Shown: piece after piece, positions 44,475-54,972 of the stretch | How the letters are laid out: every line of letters begins with the position of its first letter | Numbering within the stretch: position 1 is the first letter of the stretch | Source of the DNA: a virus | Taxonomy: Duplodnaviria > Caudoviricetes | DNA: 64,000 bases | Virus record (IMG/VR): IMGVR_UViG_3300021256_000013 | Coordinates: 1,183 to 65,182 of that record | Strand: one strand, 5' to 3' | Translations under genes and position numbers: made by a program | Notes under the pieces: model-generated | The model's database searches: none | The model's input: the letters and a program-made list of their open reading frames with translations, nothing else | Told to the model about the DNA's origin: nothing

Positions 44475-44783
44475 TTATCCCTCCGTTGTCTCAGTGATAC
44501 CAATCCGGACAACATAAGCAAAGCCGGTGGCCACGTCATTCATTGACAACGAGACGGTTTTTTCATACCAGACCTCGTTATCAGTGTTGATCAGCTGCAC
44601 CTTAGTGACCGTGCCGGTGACGTTCTCGATCATGAATTTTATCTTCACGATCGTTCCGTCAATGGTAATGCTGTCCAACGTTACCGTATGCCATGTGCCG
44701 TTGCAGCAAAATTTCGCACATGCCACACGCCGCTTGATGTATGACCGAAGGTCTGACAGCGCGGTGCTTGTCAATAGTGCCAT
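44475..44783 (-). CDS. Hypothetical baseplate-associated protein
   Basis: Coupled ORF in the baseplate cluster. Confidence 0.6.
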   Translation of the reverse strand: MALLTSTALSDLRSYIKRRVACAKFCCNGTWHTVTLDSITIDGTIVKIKFMIENVTGTVTKVQLINTDNEVWYEKTVSLSMNDVATGFAYVVRIGITETTEG

Positions 44784-45710
44784 TCAAATATCCTCCTCTC
44801 CGCAATATGTTATATCAACGCTGTATATTTCATCGGCGGTGTTGATGGCAGTGCCATGTTCCACCGATAAAAACCCACGGGAAAGTAACGGTTCGCTTCC
44901 GGCTTCAAGTTCTCCGGTCGGACTGAAATGCAATTCAATGGCGTTTTCACTTTCAGCGAGAGTGATGCCAGGATTTGTAATCACGACCTCAGTTGATATG
45001 CCTGGATATGTGCCAGCCTCTATTTCACCTGCAGAATTAAATGACAAATCAACTGCATTCTCGCTTTCTGCGAGGTTTATCACAGGATCGGAGAGGGAAA
45101 GGCCTGTCGACACACCGGGATAGGTTCCTGCGATGCGGAAGTTCATCTTCCATGGTGTGCAGCCGACTGTAAGGAGGATCCCGACATCAGACGTGAATTC
45201 CAGTTCGTATACAGTATGGCTCTGTTTTACGGTATCAATCCTTTGTTTGAGTGCCGTGATGTCTACGGAAGCGCTACTGTCCACCTGCACAACAAAAATG
45301 TTGGGATGGGAGAAGTAGTCTTCCCATCCCTCGTCGTTACAGTCATGAATTTCGCATGCTCCTTCGCCTGTATAAGCTTTCAGGATCTGCTCCATTCTCC
45401 ATGGAGACATAGGAGCTTTGTTTTCCAGCTTCTTTTGCTGGATTAGTGCGCGCCGCTGTTCATATGGCAGGTCCTCCAACACGGGAAGCCCATATTTGAT
45501 CTCGTGGTATTTCAGCGCCCAAGTAGCTGTTTGGTACAGCATTTCTTCTGGCAACGAGTCGATAATGGCTTTTACGTTGTCGATCTCTCTGCCCATGACC
45601 TCAAATACCCATTTGCCGACATAGGATTTGTCATACCAGTGAGCAGTGACATAAGTGAGCATTCTCTGAGCAGCTTCGCTGTTTGGGAATCTTTCCAGAT
45701 CTATTGCCAT
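44784..45710 (-). CDS. XkdU/YmfQ (DUF2313)-like baseplate protein
   Basis: LYQTATWALKYHEIKYGL, follows baseplate J. Confidence 0.75.
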   Translation of the reverse strand: MAIDLERFPNSEAAQRMLTYVTAHWYDKSYVGKWVFEVMGREIDNVKAIIDSLPEEMLYQTATWALKYHEIKYGLPVLEDLPYEQRRALIQQKKLENKAPMSPWRMEQILKAYTGEGACEIHDCNDEGWEDYFSHPNIFVVQVDSSASVDITALKQRIDTVKQSHTVYELEFTSDVGILLTVGCTPWKMNFRIAGTYPGVSTGLSLSDPVINLAESENAVDLSFNSAGEIEAGTYPGISTEVVITNPGITLAESENAIELHFSPTGELEAGSEPLLSRGFLSVEHGTAINTADEIYSVDITYCGEEDI

Positions 45711-45721
45711 GCTTCACCTCC

Positions 45722-46846
45722 TTATGTCGAAAAAGATACCGTCCCTGTGACCGCGTATCCGTCTGATCCGAGGCTGATATTCGTTTCTCCATTATTTACC
45801 AAGAAGGTGGCAAAGTCGGTCACTCCGTCGATATTAGCGAGTGCTGCGTACAGTTTAGCGTACCTCAGGACATTATCTTCCTTTGCCGAAGCATATACCG
45901 CTTTCACTGCATCCTGGAAGGCAGATGAGACAGCGGCAATGGATGTTCCGTCAAGTACAAGTCCCGTCGCAACATAATTTACCTGAATGGTTGTGGCTGC
46001 TACACAGGTCAGCTCTGCGGAGCCTGTCGGAAGAAGCCTTGCGCTTCTGTCGTTCGGGGACAGGATCAGGTCAGATACAGCCTGAACCATTTCAGCACTG
46101 GCGGGCTGGCCGTTGCTGTCCACAAGGATCAGCCGGACAGTGCCGGGGCCGTTCCATGCCGGATCTACGATACAGTCACCGATGCCGTTCACCTGAAGCG
46201 CCCATTTCCTCAGGTCCGAATCATTGCCGATGTAGGAATTACTGTCCATGTTCTCGGCGTGGATCCGCTCGTAGAAGTCGTCATCGTCTTCCTCGTCCAT
46301 GCCTCCGGAGGTGGGTGTGCTATTCGTGACAGCAGAAACCTCGTCGATAGGGTCTTCCATGACAGTGATCGTTCCTGCAGCAACGTTTCCATCGGCGCCT
46401 CCTTCCACAGCTGTAACAGCAACATCAAGGGTTCCGTCTTCCTCCCATTCCACATCCTCTATGGATTCGAATTCTATTGCGTCTTCTGTGTCTGTCGCGG
46501 GAACCAGGAACACGGTTCCTGCCTCGATCACGGTCCCGGCTTCCGCAGTGACCTGAACGGTTCCGGTTGCCGCCATGGCCGACTTTCTTGTTAAGCCGGC
46601 ATCTGCTCCGTGAAGGTCAAGGAATTCATCTGCAGCATATTCGGGGAATGCCGCCATAAGTGCCTGCACGAGCCCCTCCTGGTAGAGTTGGGACAGCTCG
46701 ATCGCTGTCGGCATTGTGAAGTCATAAGGAAAATCACCTTCCATCTGCGAGATGTCCTCAGGAAGGTTCTCCATCATTCGTTCCTGTATATCATCTGTAT
46801 CTGTGTCTTCCAGAAAATCCGGATCTTCAAAATCAGGTCTTGCCAA
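45722..46846 (-). CDS. Baseplate J/gp47 (XkdT-like)
   Basis: EGDFPYDF, FLDLHGADAGLTRK, GNDSDLRKWA...PAWNGPGTV. Confidence 0.9.
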   Translation of the reverse strand: MARPDFEDPDFLEDTDTDDIQERMMENLPEDISQMEGDFPYDFTMPTAIELSQLYQEGLVQALMAAFPEYAADEFLDLHGADAGLTRKSAMAATGTVQVTAEAGTVIEAGTVFLVPATDTEDAIEFESIEDVEWEEDGTLDVAVTAVEGGADGNVAAGTITVMEDPIDEVSAVTNSTPTSGGMDEEDDDDFYERIHAENMDSNSYIGNDSDLRKWALQVNGIGDCIVDPAWNGPGTVRLILVDSNGQPASAEMVQAVSDLILSPNDRSARLLPTGSAELTCVAATTIQVNYVATGLVLDGTSIAAVSSAFQDAVKAVYASAKEDNVLRYAKLYAALANIDGVTDFATFLVNNGETNISLGSDGYAVTGTVSFST

Positions 46847-46860
46847 CTTTCATCACCTCC

Positions 46861-47313
46861 TCAGGCCTCTGCTTCAAGAACCGCATCTACTGTGAACGGC
46901 TCTTCTTCAACGCTGTTGACAGTGAATCTCACCCTTACGTGCCCTCCATTCCATGTGAATTCAAAGTTCTCGACAGAGACCGTTCTCGGATTCATCATAA
47001 GGGCTTCTTGAATTGTTCGCTGAATTGCCAACTCCACTGCGTTTTCATCGTTATAGCTGATAGCATCATCCATCTCTGTTCCCATTTCATCGGAATAGGC
47101 CAGACATGTATAGCGTTCCGTATACACCGCTTTCACGCACCACACTTTATATGCTTCTGTGCCGGAGCTTAGTGGGATCTTGTTCGCTGGCGTCCTTACA
47201 AAATCACCGGTAGAAAGATCCCATTGAATGGAGGGCCGATAAGTGGTGTCATAATTATCAGATTCCGGTGTGAAGACAGGAATATCTGCAGTTGGGAAAA
47301 GATTCTCTGCCAT
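46861..47313 (-). CDS. XkdS (DUF2634)-like baseplate wedge
   Basis: AYKVWCVKAVYTERYTCLAYSDEMG...IQEALMMNPR. Confidence 0.85.
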   Translation of the reverse strand: MAENLFPTADIPVFTPESDNYDTTYRPSIQWDLSTGDFVRTPANKIPLSSGTEAYKVWCVKAVYTERYTCLAYSDEMGTEMDDAISYNDENAVELAIQRTIQEALMMNPRTVSVENFEFTWNGGHVRVRFTVNSVEEEPFTVDAVLEAEA

Positions 47314-47323
47314 TTCTCACCTC

Positions 47324-47659
47324 CTATATTGCTGATCCTTTTTTTATAACTCCAAGGATAACCGGCTCTTCCTGCACCCAGATAAATACCACATGATCTC
47401 CGGCTTTCAGCTTTGGCCATTTATGACTGTGATCATAGCCTGTACCGTTGAGTGCTGTTCCGGTTGACTGCCCTGTAAGATATTCGAGAACACTGTAATC
47501 ATTCTTCGAAATCTTTACATTCATCGTGTTTGGCTGTAGGTACAGGCCCTTTTTGATCACACCAAAATCAAATGTCAGACCAGTCTCCGAATGCTCATTG
47601 ATCCGCTTATCCAGTGTTTTTGCAAGCTTTGAAATACCTTCCTTTTTCCTGTCTGCCAT
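47324..47659 (-). CDS. XkdR-like baseplate protein
   Basis: Size and position between hub and wedge, LKAGDHV. Confidence 0.6.
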   Translation of the reverse strand: MADRKKEGISKLAKTLDKRINEHSETGLTFDFGVIKKGLYLQPNTMNVKISKNDYSVLEYLTGQSTGTALNGTGYDHSHKWPKLKAGDHVVFIWVQEEPVILGVIKKGSAI

Positions 47660-47669
47660 ATTTCCTCCT

Positions 47670-48917
47670 TTATGACAGCTTGCCCGCTGTCACCCATCCG
47701 CTGATTTTGGTCTTTTTGAAATTCCTTGTCTTTACACGGTACGGATGTGCGGCTCCTGACTTTATTTTCGTGATCTTTACTTTGCCCTTTTTTGCGGTTT
47801 TCTTCTTTGCCTTTTTAGAAGCGCCGGCATAATATGTGCCGCCGCTAAAGGTGACGATGTCTCCTTTTTTCAGAGACGATCCGCCGCCTCCTTCGCTATC
47901 CAGGTTAAAACGTTCAGAAGGCTTAACCGTGCATGTCATCAAGCCGGAGGACATGTCATGTGTGACAGCCACAACGATGTAGTAGTCTTCTCCGACCGTT
48001 TCCGTATTAAGATAGACTTGATCACCTTTTTTTACAGCCGGAATGTCCGGAAGAGTAACAGTGATATTCTCATCCTCGACGCCTTCATCTGCCAGTGTCT
48101 GTTTCGCTTCTTTCTTCAAATCCTTCAGCTTTTCTTTGTTCCCCTGAACTATGATTTTCTGACGGATTCCGAATTCTGTGCTCCCATTTACTGTGGCTTT
48201 AACTTTGGCGTTACCGCTTTTGTTCTTTTTTCCATAGATCTGGACACGCGTAACCATACCGGCCGTAGATATTTTATGGTTTACTTCAGTGAGGTTTTCG
48301 GCCTCACTGAAGCAATAGATCGTGTCGTTGCTGCCATACCTGACAACTGACACCGAGGTTTGAGATGCTCGGAGGACAGCATCCACTCCTCCTTTTTTAC
48401 GAGCCTCCTTGAGGATCTTTACGATTGCAGTCCCAAGACGTTCATTTGAGTACACCATTTTGGGATGGGATACATTCGGGCCGTCGTAGGAGGCTATTCC
48501 GACTCCCCACTTCGAAAGAGTTTTCTTGATAGCAGTCTTTGTCTTGGTGCCTTTCTTAAAATACACATGGTCGTGTGATTCCTGAAGATCATACAGACAG
48601 TCGTATGCTTTCGCTTTGAATGTCTTGCCGCCACTGCGCGTAGCGGGATTCCAATCGACAATCTTTCCGCATACAGCCTCTGCATAGGCGCCGCCGTTAT
48701 AGCTGTACTGAAACGAGAGCCAGCTCCCTGGAGCGGCAATTGATGACAGCGCACCGAGCGTTTCAGAATCGTTTTTGCATTCAAAATTCATCCTGGTAGA
48801 AAGCTCATCTTCCAGCTCTTCCCATGACGGTTTTATCGCATAGCTTGTAATGTCATATTGGGTTCCCTGTGCGTCACTGACAACGATCTTGTATTTGTAC
48901 TTACTGGGATCTATCAT
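47670..48917 (-). CDS. XkdQ/YqbQ-like baseplate hub protein
   Basis: KAYDCLYDLQES...MVTRVQIYG...FGIRQKI. Confidence 0.8.
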   Translation of the reverse strand: MIDPSKYKYKIVVSDAQGTQYDITSYAIKPSWEELEDELSTRMNFECKNDSETLGALSSIAAPGSWLSFQYSYNGGAYAEAVCGKIVDWNPATRSGGKTFKAKAYDCLYDLQESHDHVYFKKGTKTKTAIKKTLSKWGVGIASYDGPNVSHPKMVYSNERLGTAIVKILKEARKKGGVDAVLRASQTSVSVVRYGSNDTIYCFSEAENLTEVNHKISTAGMVTRVQIYGKKNKSGNAKVKATVNGSTEFGIRQKIIVQGNKEKLKDLKKEAKQTLADEGVEDENITVTLPDIPAVKKGDQVYLNTETVGEDYYIVVAVTHDMSSGLMTCTVKPSERFNLDSEGGGGSSLKKGDIVTFSGGTYYAGASKKAKKKTAKKGKVKITKIKSGAAHPYRVKTRNFKKTKISGWVTAGKLS

Positions 48918-48928
48918 GCAGCACCTCC

Positions 48929-49609
48929 TTACGGCAGCGTAATTTTGGTGCCGGCATACAGGTACTTACCGTTTGAGCATCCTTTTCGGCCATGTTTCTT
49001 TGCTGCTTTGTTCAGAACCTTCTTGTTTTTCTTGAGTATCTTTTTCCATTTTTTGGTGGTCCCGTAATGCTTTTTGCTGATTTTCGAAAGCGTATCACCT
49101 TTTTTGATGGTGTATGTGACCTTCGCAGACGCGCCATTACGGTTCGTTTTCTTTTTCTTTTTCTTCTTAATGCCAACCTCCGTAGTGGTATATACACGGG
49201 TTTGGCTATAAGCGTTCAGGACAATACTGTATTGTATGTCGCCGTGGCCACCGACCGGCTGATACTGGAAGGATCCGATAGTGACATCCATATCGATGCC
49301 TCCTCCGGAAACAACAAGCGTCAGGGGGGTTCCCGCCTGACGCCATTCTTCCAGCTGCTTGACGCATCCTGCCGGATCCTGCCATTGGCGGTTGATCCCC
49401 GACATTTGCGACCTATCAGAGCCCCAGAAAGTGGCGCTCCATTTTACCAGATGTTTGCTTGTTCCTTTTGGGAACTGCCGATTCCCCATCGCAATGAGAT
49501 TGTACGACTGATATGCCGTTTCTCCCTGCACCGTGAGAGAATCCTCCGGAAGAGAAGGGAATCGGAATTTATTCGATTTGTTGGACAACTCTGACAGATA
49601 GATATCCAT
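48929..49609 (-). CDS. XkdP-like LysM tail-tube initiator
   Basis: YTIKKGDTLSKISKKHYG...LYAGTKITLP. Confidence 0.85.
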   Translation of the reverse strand: MDIYLSELSNKSNKFRFPSLPEDSLTVQGETAYQSYNLIAMGNRQFPKGTSKHLVKWSATFWGSDRSQMSGINRQWQDPAGCVKQLEEWRQAGTPLTLVVSGGGIDMDVTIGSFQYQPVGGHGDIQYSIVLNAYSQTRVYTTTEVGIKKKKKKKTNRNGASAKVTYTIKKGDTLSKISKKHYGTTKKWKKILKKNKKVLNKAAKKHGRKGCSNGKYLYAGTKITLP

Positions 49610-49618
49610 GCTCCCTCC

Positions 49619-52600
49619 TTATGCCACTGGTCTGTTTTCATAAGTCTCTGCCAACATATCGGCGATGTCTCCAGCCATGGAATCTGCATATTCCTTCATC
49701 TTCTTATTCATGGCTGCCTGCAGTGATGCGCCGTCCATTCCGTTGACATTGATCCTCGGATTGAACTTGACGTTCGCATTGTTATTGTTCGTGCCGCCTC
49801 CGATCTCGACCGGGACGGGCGCTGCACTCGTTGACACTGGCAACGGCGAGTAACCATCCGCAAAGCCAGGGACACCGAGCGCCTCGCCGGCCTGTGCCCA
49901 GAGATCCAAGCCTCTGGAGTGCTTATCAGCTCCGACCGGGATTACAAACTCCGGACCGTCTTCACCGATCCATGACAGGAGAGGCCCGTCAACATAACGG
50001 CCATTCGCACTTGCTGCTGCGCTTGCAATCGTCGCGGTGGCTGTTCCTCCGGCAGCTGATACATTGATTGACGCTGTCGGGTTTGTGATATTCCAATGAA
50101 GAGTGACATCAACATTTGCGGATGTGGAATAGCTGCTGATAGCACTGTCAATGTCGCTCTGTACTTCCGCTGACATCTCGCTGGCATTGTTTGTCTGAGA
50201 GAGATTTACATCAACTTCAGCATCTGCCTCGGGCGGATCTCCGTCTATGGCGCCCTGAGCTTCCTCCTCGACTGCAGCGGGGATTTCAGAGGCATCTGTT
50301 TCTCCTGGTGTAACAGTAGTGTCAGCTTCAGTTTCCACATTGGTAGTGTCTCCGTCTGCTGATTCTTCTATTGCACTTTGAAGCTGTGTGGTATCAGTAG
50401 TAATGCTTTCCGGGCTGAATGTGATAGTAGCCCCAGCAGTAAGCTCTGCTTCGGATACGCCAGTCATCCCGGAAAGTTCTTCCATTGTGATCCCCATTGC
50501 GGACGCCAGCTGCTCTACAGCGCTCGGTTCGTCGACATCGACCTCACCTAACGTGACTTTCACTCCATCAGCTGTGTATTCCACATCAGATCCTCCGGCC
50601 TCTACTCCGGATATGAAATTGTTGATGGATTCCCGCATTGCCGATGCGCTTTCCTGTGTGACAGTCAGCTCCTCGACCTGGGCTTTCATTCCCTCTACTT
50701 CTACTGGCTCTGTTGTGGTCTCTGCAAGAGATCGTTCCAAAGCGGCGCGAAGCGTGTCATTTCCGGCATATCCGTTCTGAATAGCCTGTATCAAAGCGGT
50801 ATCTCCGCTCTCTACGAGGGAGTTGGCAAATGTCTGCCAACCAGCCTCTGTATTACCAGCGGCAGCTCCTACCTGGATCGCCTCATTGTAGGAATCCATA
50901 AGGGCCTGCGGTACAGCGCTGCCGGCTTTGATGTACTCATCAATAGCGCCCTGCATATCAGTTACGTCTGGTATCATCTGCGTGTACAAATCCTTCAGGC
51001 CTGCATCAGCGCTCCAGTTTGTATACGATCCCTGAAGCGTATCCATCATGCTGTTAATCTGATCTGCATTTGAAAGCTTTCCGTTCTCGTCATAAGTGGC
51101 AGATTCACTGAGATAAGCGGTTGACTTTTGTGCTTCCTCAGGAGCTGCAGCATTCCACGCTCCGATTTCTTCGGAGTAGGCATTGTTCAGCGTTCTGGTT
51201 TCGAAGCCCAGGGAATTCGCTATTTCCTTGTTCTTCTCATACTGGATAGCCTGCCTCCACTGTTCCTGCATAGTCTTAATATCGAGACCGGCTTCTGCAA
51301 GCCTTCCTTCGTTATCAAGCGCATGAAGTATGGTATAGAACTCCTCTGTTGACTGGTCGAGGGTATCGTTCGCGGCCTGCCTCTGTTCCTGAAGCTCTGA
51401 GACGAGGTCCTTGTAAGCTCCACCAGTAAGCTGTTCGCCGCTCATGTTGCCATATTTATCACTCAGAAGATCCATTGATGCCTGATTTTCTGCAGCTTTC
51501 CACTTATTGACTATGCTGTCTATTTTCTCCTGCAGAGCGGAGATGGCCTGTGACTCATCTGCTGAGATTATGCCATCCGCAAGTGCATCAGATACTGCAG
51601 TTGAAAGCTGTGAAGAGAGTGAAGACATCTCAATGTTGTCTTCAAGGGTCCATGAATCAATTGCGCTCGACAGCGTTTTTCCTTCCGGAGTGGAAAGAGT
51701 AGTGTCTACTAATAGCTTGGCACTAAAGGTTCTTCCGTCGAGCTCTTCCTGCCTGGCATCAATAAACGACTGCACATTCGAAGCGTAGGTTTCAGTGTCA
51801 TCCTGCGAGAGCGTAACGCCTACCTTGGCCTTGTACTCAATCGCCGCATTTTTGTTCAGAGATTCTTCTGCTGAAGATCTCAGCGTGTCTGCATTCCGAA
51901 GCTCACCAAGAGCCAGATCAATATTTGCTTTCCACTCAAGCTCCAGAACCTCAGAAGCGATAGCCTGTTTCTGTTCTTCGGTCAGTTCAATTGTTCCGAA
52001 GTGCGCCTCAAGGCTGCTTTTTACTTCTTTCTGGTTGTAAGCATCGATTGCTGTGCACACACCCCATATCGCAGTAGCTGCCGCAGCAATTCCAAGGGCA
52101 ACCATACCGGCGGTTCCGAGGCTTCCCCATGAGAAGCTTCCGACTTTCTGCCCGAGATCGTAGACCTTTGCTGCTACACCAGCTATCTTTTCACCTGCGA
52201 TCACAAGAGCACCAAGGCTCAGCCAGTCCGTCAACTGCGCCTCATCGCCTCCAGGAAGGACATCCAGAGCGTTTGAGAAAAGGCCACCGACGATATCTGC
52301 GATCGTGGAAGCTCCGGAACTGTCGGCCCATTCACGGAACGGGTCTGCGATCAGCGTATCCCATGCAATATTGACCTTTCCGAAAAAGTCCGCTTCCGTC
52401 CATTCCTTCGTATTGGTCATGTTGAAAATCTTTTCGTCTACTCCATCAAAGATCTCATTGATCTTTTCCTCCACGCCTGGCAGTGCGTCTTTAAGTGCAT
52501 TGGCGCCGGCAGTGACATAAGGTGCGAGACGTGTTCCGAAAGAAGTCTGGACCTGATCCCACTGTGAAGAGAGCAGAGTAAGAGATCCCTGCATGTTGTC

Positions 52601-54160
52601 GAGCATCGTGTCCGCCATCCGCTCTGCAGCTCCGTCAGCGTTGTTGATGGACCTTGTGAGATTCTGGTAATCTTCATCTGACGCATTGATAATGGCAAGC
52701 ATACCGGACATGGCGTTCTTTCCGAAGATCGTTTTGACCGCAGCAGCCTGTTCATCTTCCGACAATCCACGGAGAGATTCCCGGGTATTCTCCATAACTT
52801 CCGCTAACGACTTCATGTTTCCATTCTCGTCCGTCAAGCTGAGCCCGTATTTCTCCATAGCTGTTGCCATCTGGTCTGTAGGAGCGGCCAGATTGGAGAT
52901 GGCGGTTCTGAGAGATGTACCTGCCATGGATCCCTTAACGCCTGCATTTGCCATCAGGCCAAGCGCAACGCCGACATCCTCAATCGAATAGCCCATGGCA
53001 CCCGCGAGAGGTGCGATGTACTTAAAGGATTCTCCGAGCATTCCGACATTCGTGTTCGATGAAGCTGCGGACTGTGCAAGGACATCAGCGAAGTGTGTGG
53101 ACTTGTCCGCGCTGAGGCCAAAAGCTGTCATTGCATCGGTCACGATATCTGAAACGGAAGCGATGCTTTCACCGGAAGCCGCCGCCAGGTTGATAACACC
53201 ATCTATACCGGCTTCCATCTGTTCGGGCTTCCAACCGGCCATAGCCATGTATCCGAAGGCCTGTGCGGATTCCGTGGCTGTAAACTTCGTCGTAGCTCCC
53301 AGTTCTTTCGCCTTATCTGTAAGGGAAGCGAATTCTTCCCCGGTTGCTCCGGAGATTGCCTTCACATGGCTCATCTCACTTTCAAAATCTCCGAAGGTCT
53401 GAAGCGCCGAACCGACACCGAGCCCTAAACCAGCGAAACCTGCGGCAGCGGTGATTGCCCCCATGCCTCCCGATATAGCGCTCCCTGCGGCACTGCTTGC
53501 CATGCTACCTCCGACAGAGAGCCCGCCAGAACCGCCTCCTGAGCCCGTAGAGCCACCGGATGCCGTACCTGTGTTATCCTCGGCATTTATCTCTATCGTG
53601 GCTCCCTGCCCATTTAGTGAGGCCAGAGCGTCCTCTACATCGGCTATGACATTGGTCGCGGAGTCATCGGCGCCGATATCTACCACTGCATCGTTGCCGT
53701 CCAGTGCTGCCACAGAGTCATCCACATCGTTTATGATGTTGGTCGCGGCATCATCAGCGCCAAGCTCCACGTTTGCGTCATTGCCATTGAGGGCGGCGGC
53801 TGCGTCCTCCACGTCAGCGATCTGTGCTGTCGCGTCGTCAGCTGCCGCGATTTCCATAGTGGCAGTCATGCCGGATATTCTTGATGCAGCATCCTCGACC
53901 CCGGCGATGGTGTGGGTGGCGTCATCGGAAGCACCAATATCAATCTTCCGATTGCTGACACTGTCGATCTTTCGCTCGACACCTGATAGAGTCCGTTCGA
54001 GCCCGGATGTTCTGACAGTCGGGTTCATGAGCTTGCTGACCTTCTTTGCAGACGAAGCCAACTTATTGAGCTTGCCCGATATATTCGACAGAGCGGGATC
54101 CGTGCTGTCCTGCACGGAAACAGGTATCTCAATCCTGATCGATTCTGCCAAGTCCGTCAC
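49619..54160 (-). CDS. Tape measure protein (TP901-type core)
   Basis: FESEMSHVKAISGATGEE...LGATTKFTATE...ADVLAQSAASSNT. Likely TTG start at 54151. Confidence 0.93.
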   Translation of the reverse strand: MTDLAESIRIEIPVSVQDSTDPALSNISGKLNKLASSAKKVSKLMNPTVRTSGLERTLSGVERKIDSVSNRKIDIGASDDATHTIAGVEDAASRISGMTATMEIAAADDATAQIADVEDAAAALNGNDANVELGADDAATNIINDVDDSVAALDGNDAVVDIGADDSATNVIADVEDALASLNGQGATIEINAEDNTGTASGGSTGSGGGSGGLSVGGSMASSAAGSAISGGMGAITAAAGFAGLGLGVGSALQTFGDFESEMSHVKAISGATGEEFASLTDKAKELGATTKFTATESAQAFGYMAMAGWKPEQMEAGIDGVINLAAASGESIASVSDIVTDAMTAFGLSADKSTHFADVLAQSAASSNTNVGMLGESFKYIAPLAGAMGYSIEDVGVALGLMANAGVKGSMAGTSLRTAISNLAAPTDQMATAMEKYGLSLTDENGNMKSLAEVMENTRESLRGLSEDEQAAAVKTIFGKNAMSGMLAIINASDEDYQNLTRSINNADGAAERMADTMLDNMQGSLTLLSSQWDQVQTSFGTRLAPYVTAGANALKDALPGVEEKINEIFDGVDEKIFNMTNTKEWTEADFFGKVNIAWDTLIADPFREWADSSGASTIADIVGGLFSNALDVLPGGDEAQLTDWLSLGALVIAGEKIAGVAAKVYDLGQKVGSFSWGSLGTAGMVALGIAAAATAIWGVCTAIDAYNQKEVKSSLEAHFGTIELTEEQKQAIASEVLELEWKANIDLALGELRNADTLRSSAEESLNKNAAIEYKAKVGVTLSQDDTETYASNVQSFIDARQEELDGRTFSAKLLVDTTLSTPEGKTLSSAIDSWTLEDNIEMSSLSSQLSTAVSDALADGIISADESQAISALQEKIDSIVNKWKAAENQASMDLLSDKYGNMSGEQLTGGAYKDLVSELQEQRQAANDTLDQSTEEFYTILHALDNEGRLAEAGLDIKTMQEQWRQAIQYEKNKEIANSLGFETRTLNNAYSEEIGAWNAAAPEEAQKSTAYLSESATYDENGKLSNADQINSMMDTLQGSYTNWSADAGLKDLYTQMIPDVTDMQGAIDEYIKAGSAVPQALMDSYNEAIQVGAAAGNTEAGWQTFANSLVESGDTALIQAIQNGYAGNDTLRAALERSLAETTTEPVEVEGMKAQVEELTVTQESASAMRESINNFISGVEAGGSDVEYTADGVKVTLGEVDVDEPSAVEQLASAMGITMEELSGMTGVSEAELTAGATITFSPESITTDTTQLQSAIEESADGDTTNVETEADTTVTPGETDASEIPAAVEEEAQGAIDGDPPEADAEVDVNLSQTNNASEMSAEVQSDIDSAISSYSTSANVDVTLHWNITNPTASINVSAAGGTATATIASAAASANGRYVDGPLLSWIGEDGPEFVIPVGADKHSRGLDLWAQAGEALGVPGFADGYSPLPVSTSAAPVPVEIGGGTNNNNANVKFNPRINVNGMDGASLQAAMNKKMKEYADSMAGDIADMLAETYENRPVA

Positions 54161-54165
54161 CTCCT

Positions 54166-54330
54166 TTATTTATTCCTGTTATGGTATTCCTCAAGCCGGA
54201 GCAACGTAGAGGCGAAGAGGAAAGCCCTTTCGCCTGGAGGCAGGGACATTACTTCGCTCGGAAGGATTCCCTGCCTCTGGAATATCTGATGCAGCAATGT
54301 GGCCTTGCCCCCGGCCATGATCAGTTTTTT
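54166..54330 (-). CDS. -1 frameshift extension of the tail chaperone (gpGT-like)
   Basis: Slippery A-AAA-AAC at 54330-54324. The -1 frame reads KLIMAGGKATLLHQIFQRQGILPSEVMSLPPGERAFLFAS...* and stops just before the tape measure RBS. Confidence 0.8.
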   Translation of the reverse strand, partial: KKLIMAGGKATLLHQIFQRQGILPSEVMSLPPGERAFLFASTLLRLEEYHNRNK

Positions 54331-54881
54331 GCGTTCGCCTGAAGATCCTCTGTGTTGTAACCATTAAGAGCGTCAAGCTGTTCAATGATATAATCAATTT
54401 CGCCGGGAAGGAGAGTAGCGATGATGCAATCGAGCGCATTCAAAATAACCTTTCCTTTCGCTTCAAGCCCTTTCCAGAGCTTCTTGTTGTCCCAGAACTT
54501 CCGCTGATCGGACTCAACCGTGGAGTTGTAGATCAGGGATGCACGGTATTTCGGGGCATCCGTGCCAATTGCTACGCGAATACCGTTCCGGCGATTCTTG
54601 TCGTATTTTGTGTACTTGTTGCGAATGTCGTCCAGCTTTGTGGTGCTGAGCGGATGTACCGTAAATGCGATGAGGAGAGTAGACTCACCATGCACCTTCC
54701 GATAGATCTCCAGCGTCTTGTTCTGGTCGGCATCCTCGTCCTTTTCATCCGGGATCATGCCAAGCAGGTTCCGAATGGCTTCATCCTCGTTCTGGATGAT
54801 TACGGACCTGCGTTCGTCCTTATCTTCTTCTGTAAGGTTCTCGTCTGTGAGATCGAGAGAATCATTAATCTTTACGTCCAT
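54321..54881 (-). CDS. Tail assembly chaperone (XkdN-like)
   Basis: Between tube and tape measure, LIYNSTV...LLPGEIDYI. Confidence 0.82.
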   Translation of the reverse strand: MDVKINDSLDLTDENLTEEDKDERRSVIIQNEDEAIRNLLGMIPDEKDEDADQNKTLEIYRKVHGESTLLIAFTVHPLSTTKLDDIRNKYTKYDKNRRNGIRVAIGTDAPKYRASLIYNSTVESDQRKFWDNKKLWKGLEAKGKVILNALDCIIATLLPGEIDYIIEQLDALNGYNTEDLQANAKN

Positions 54882-54972
54882 TTCAGTCCTCCATTTCTGA
54901 AATCATTAAAAGATGGGCTGGAAGGATATCCCTCCAGCCCTTGCGCAAAAGTATGATATATTTGGTAAACCG

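Noticed and set aside
43447-49609. Second DGR variable repeat in other tail genes
   Set aside because: No other gene ends in a GGxW...GFR-type motif or matches the TR by inspection.
53600-53900. ~26-aa repeats (ADD.AT..I.DV.D..A.L.G) at the tape measure N-terminus
   Set aside because: Periodic repeats are expected in tape measure proteins.
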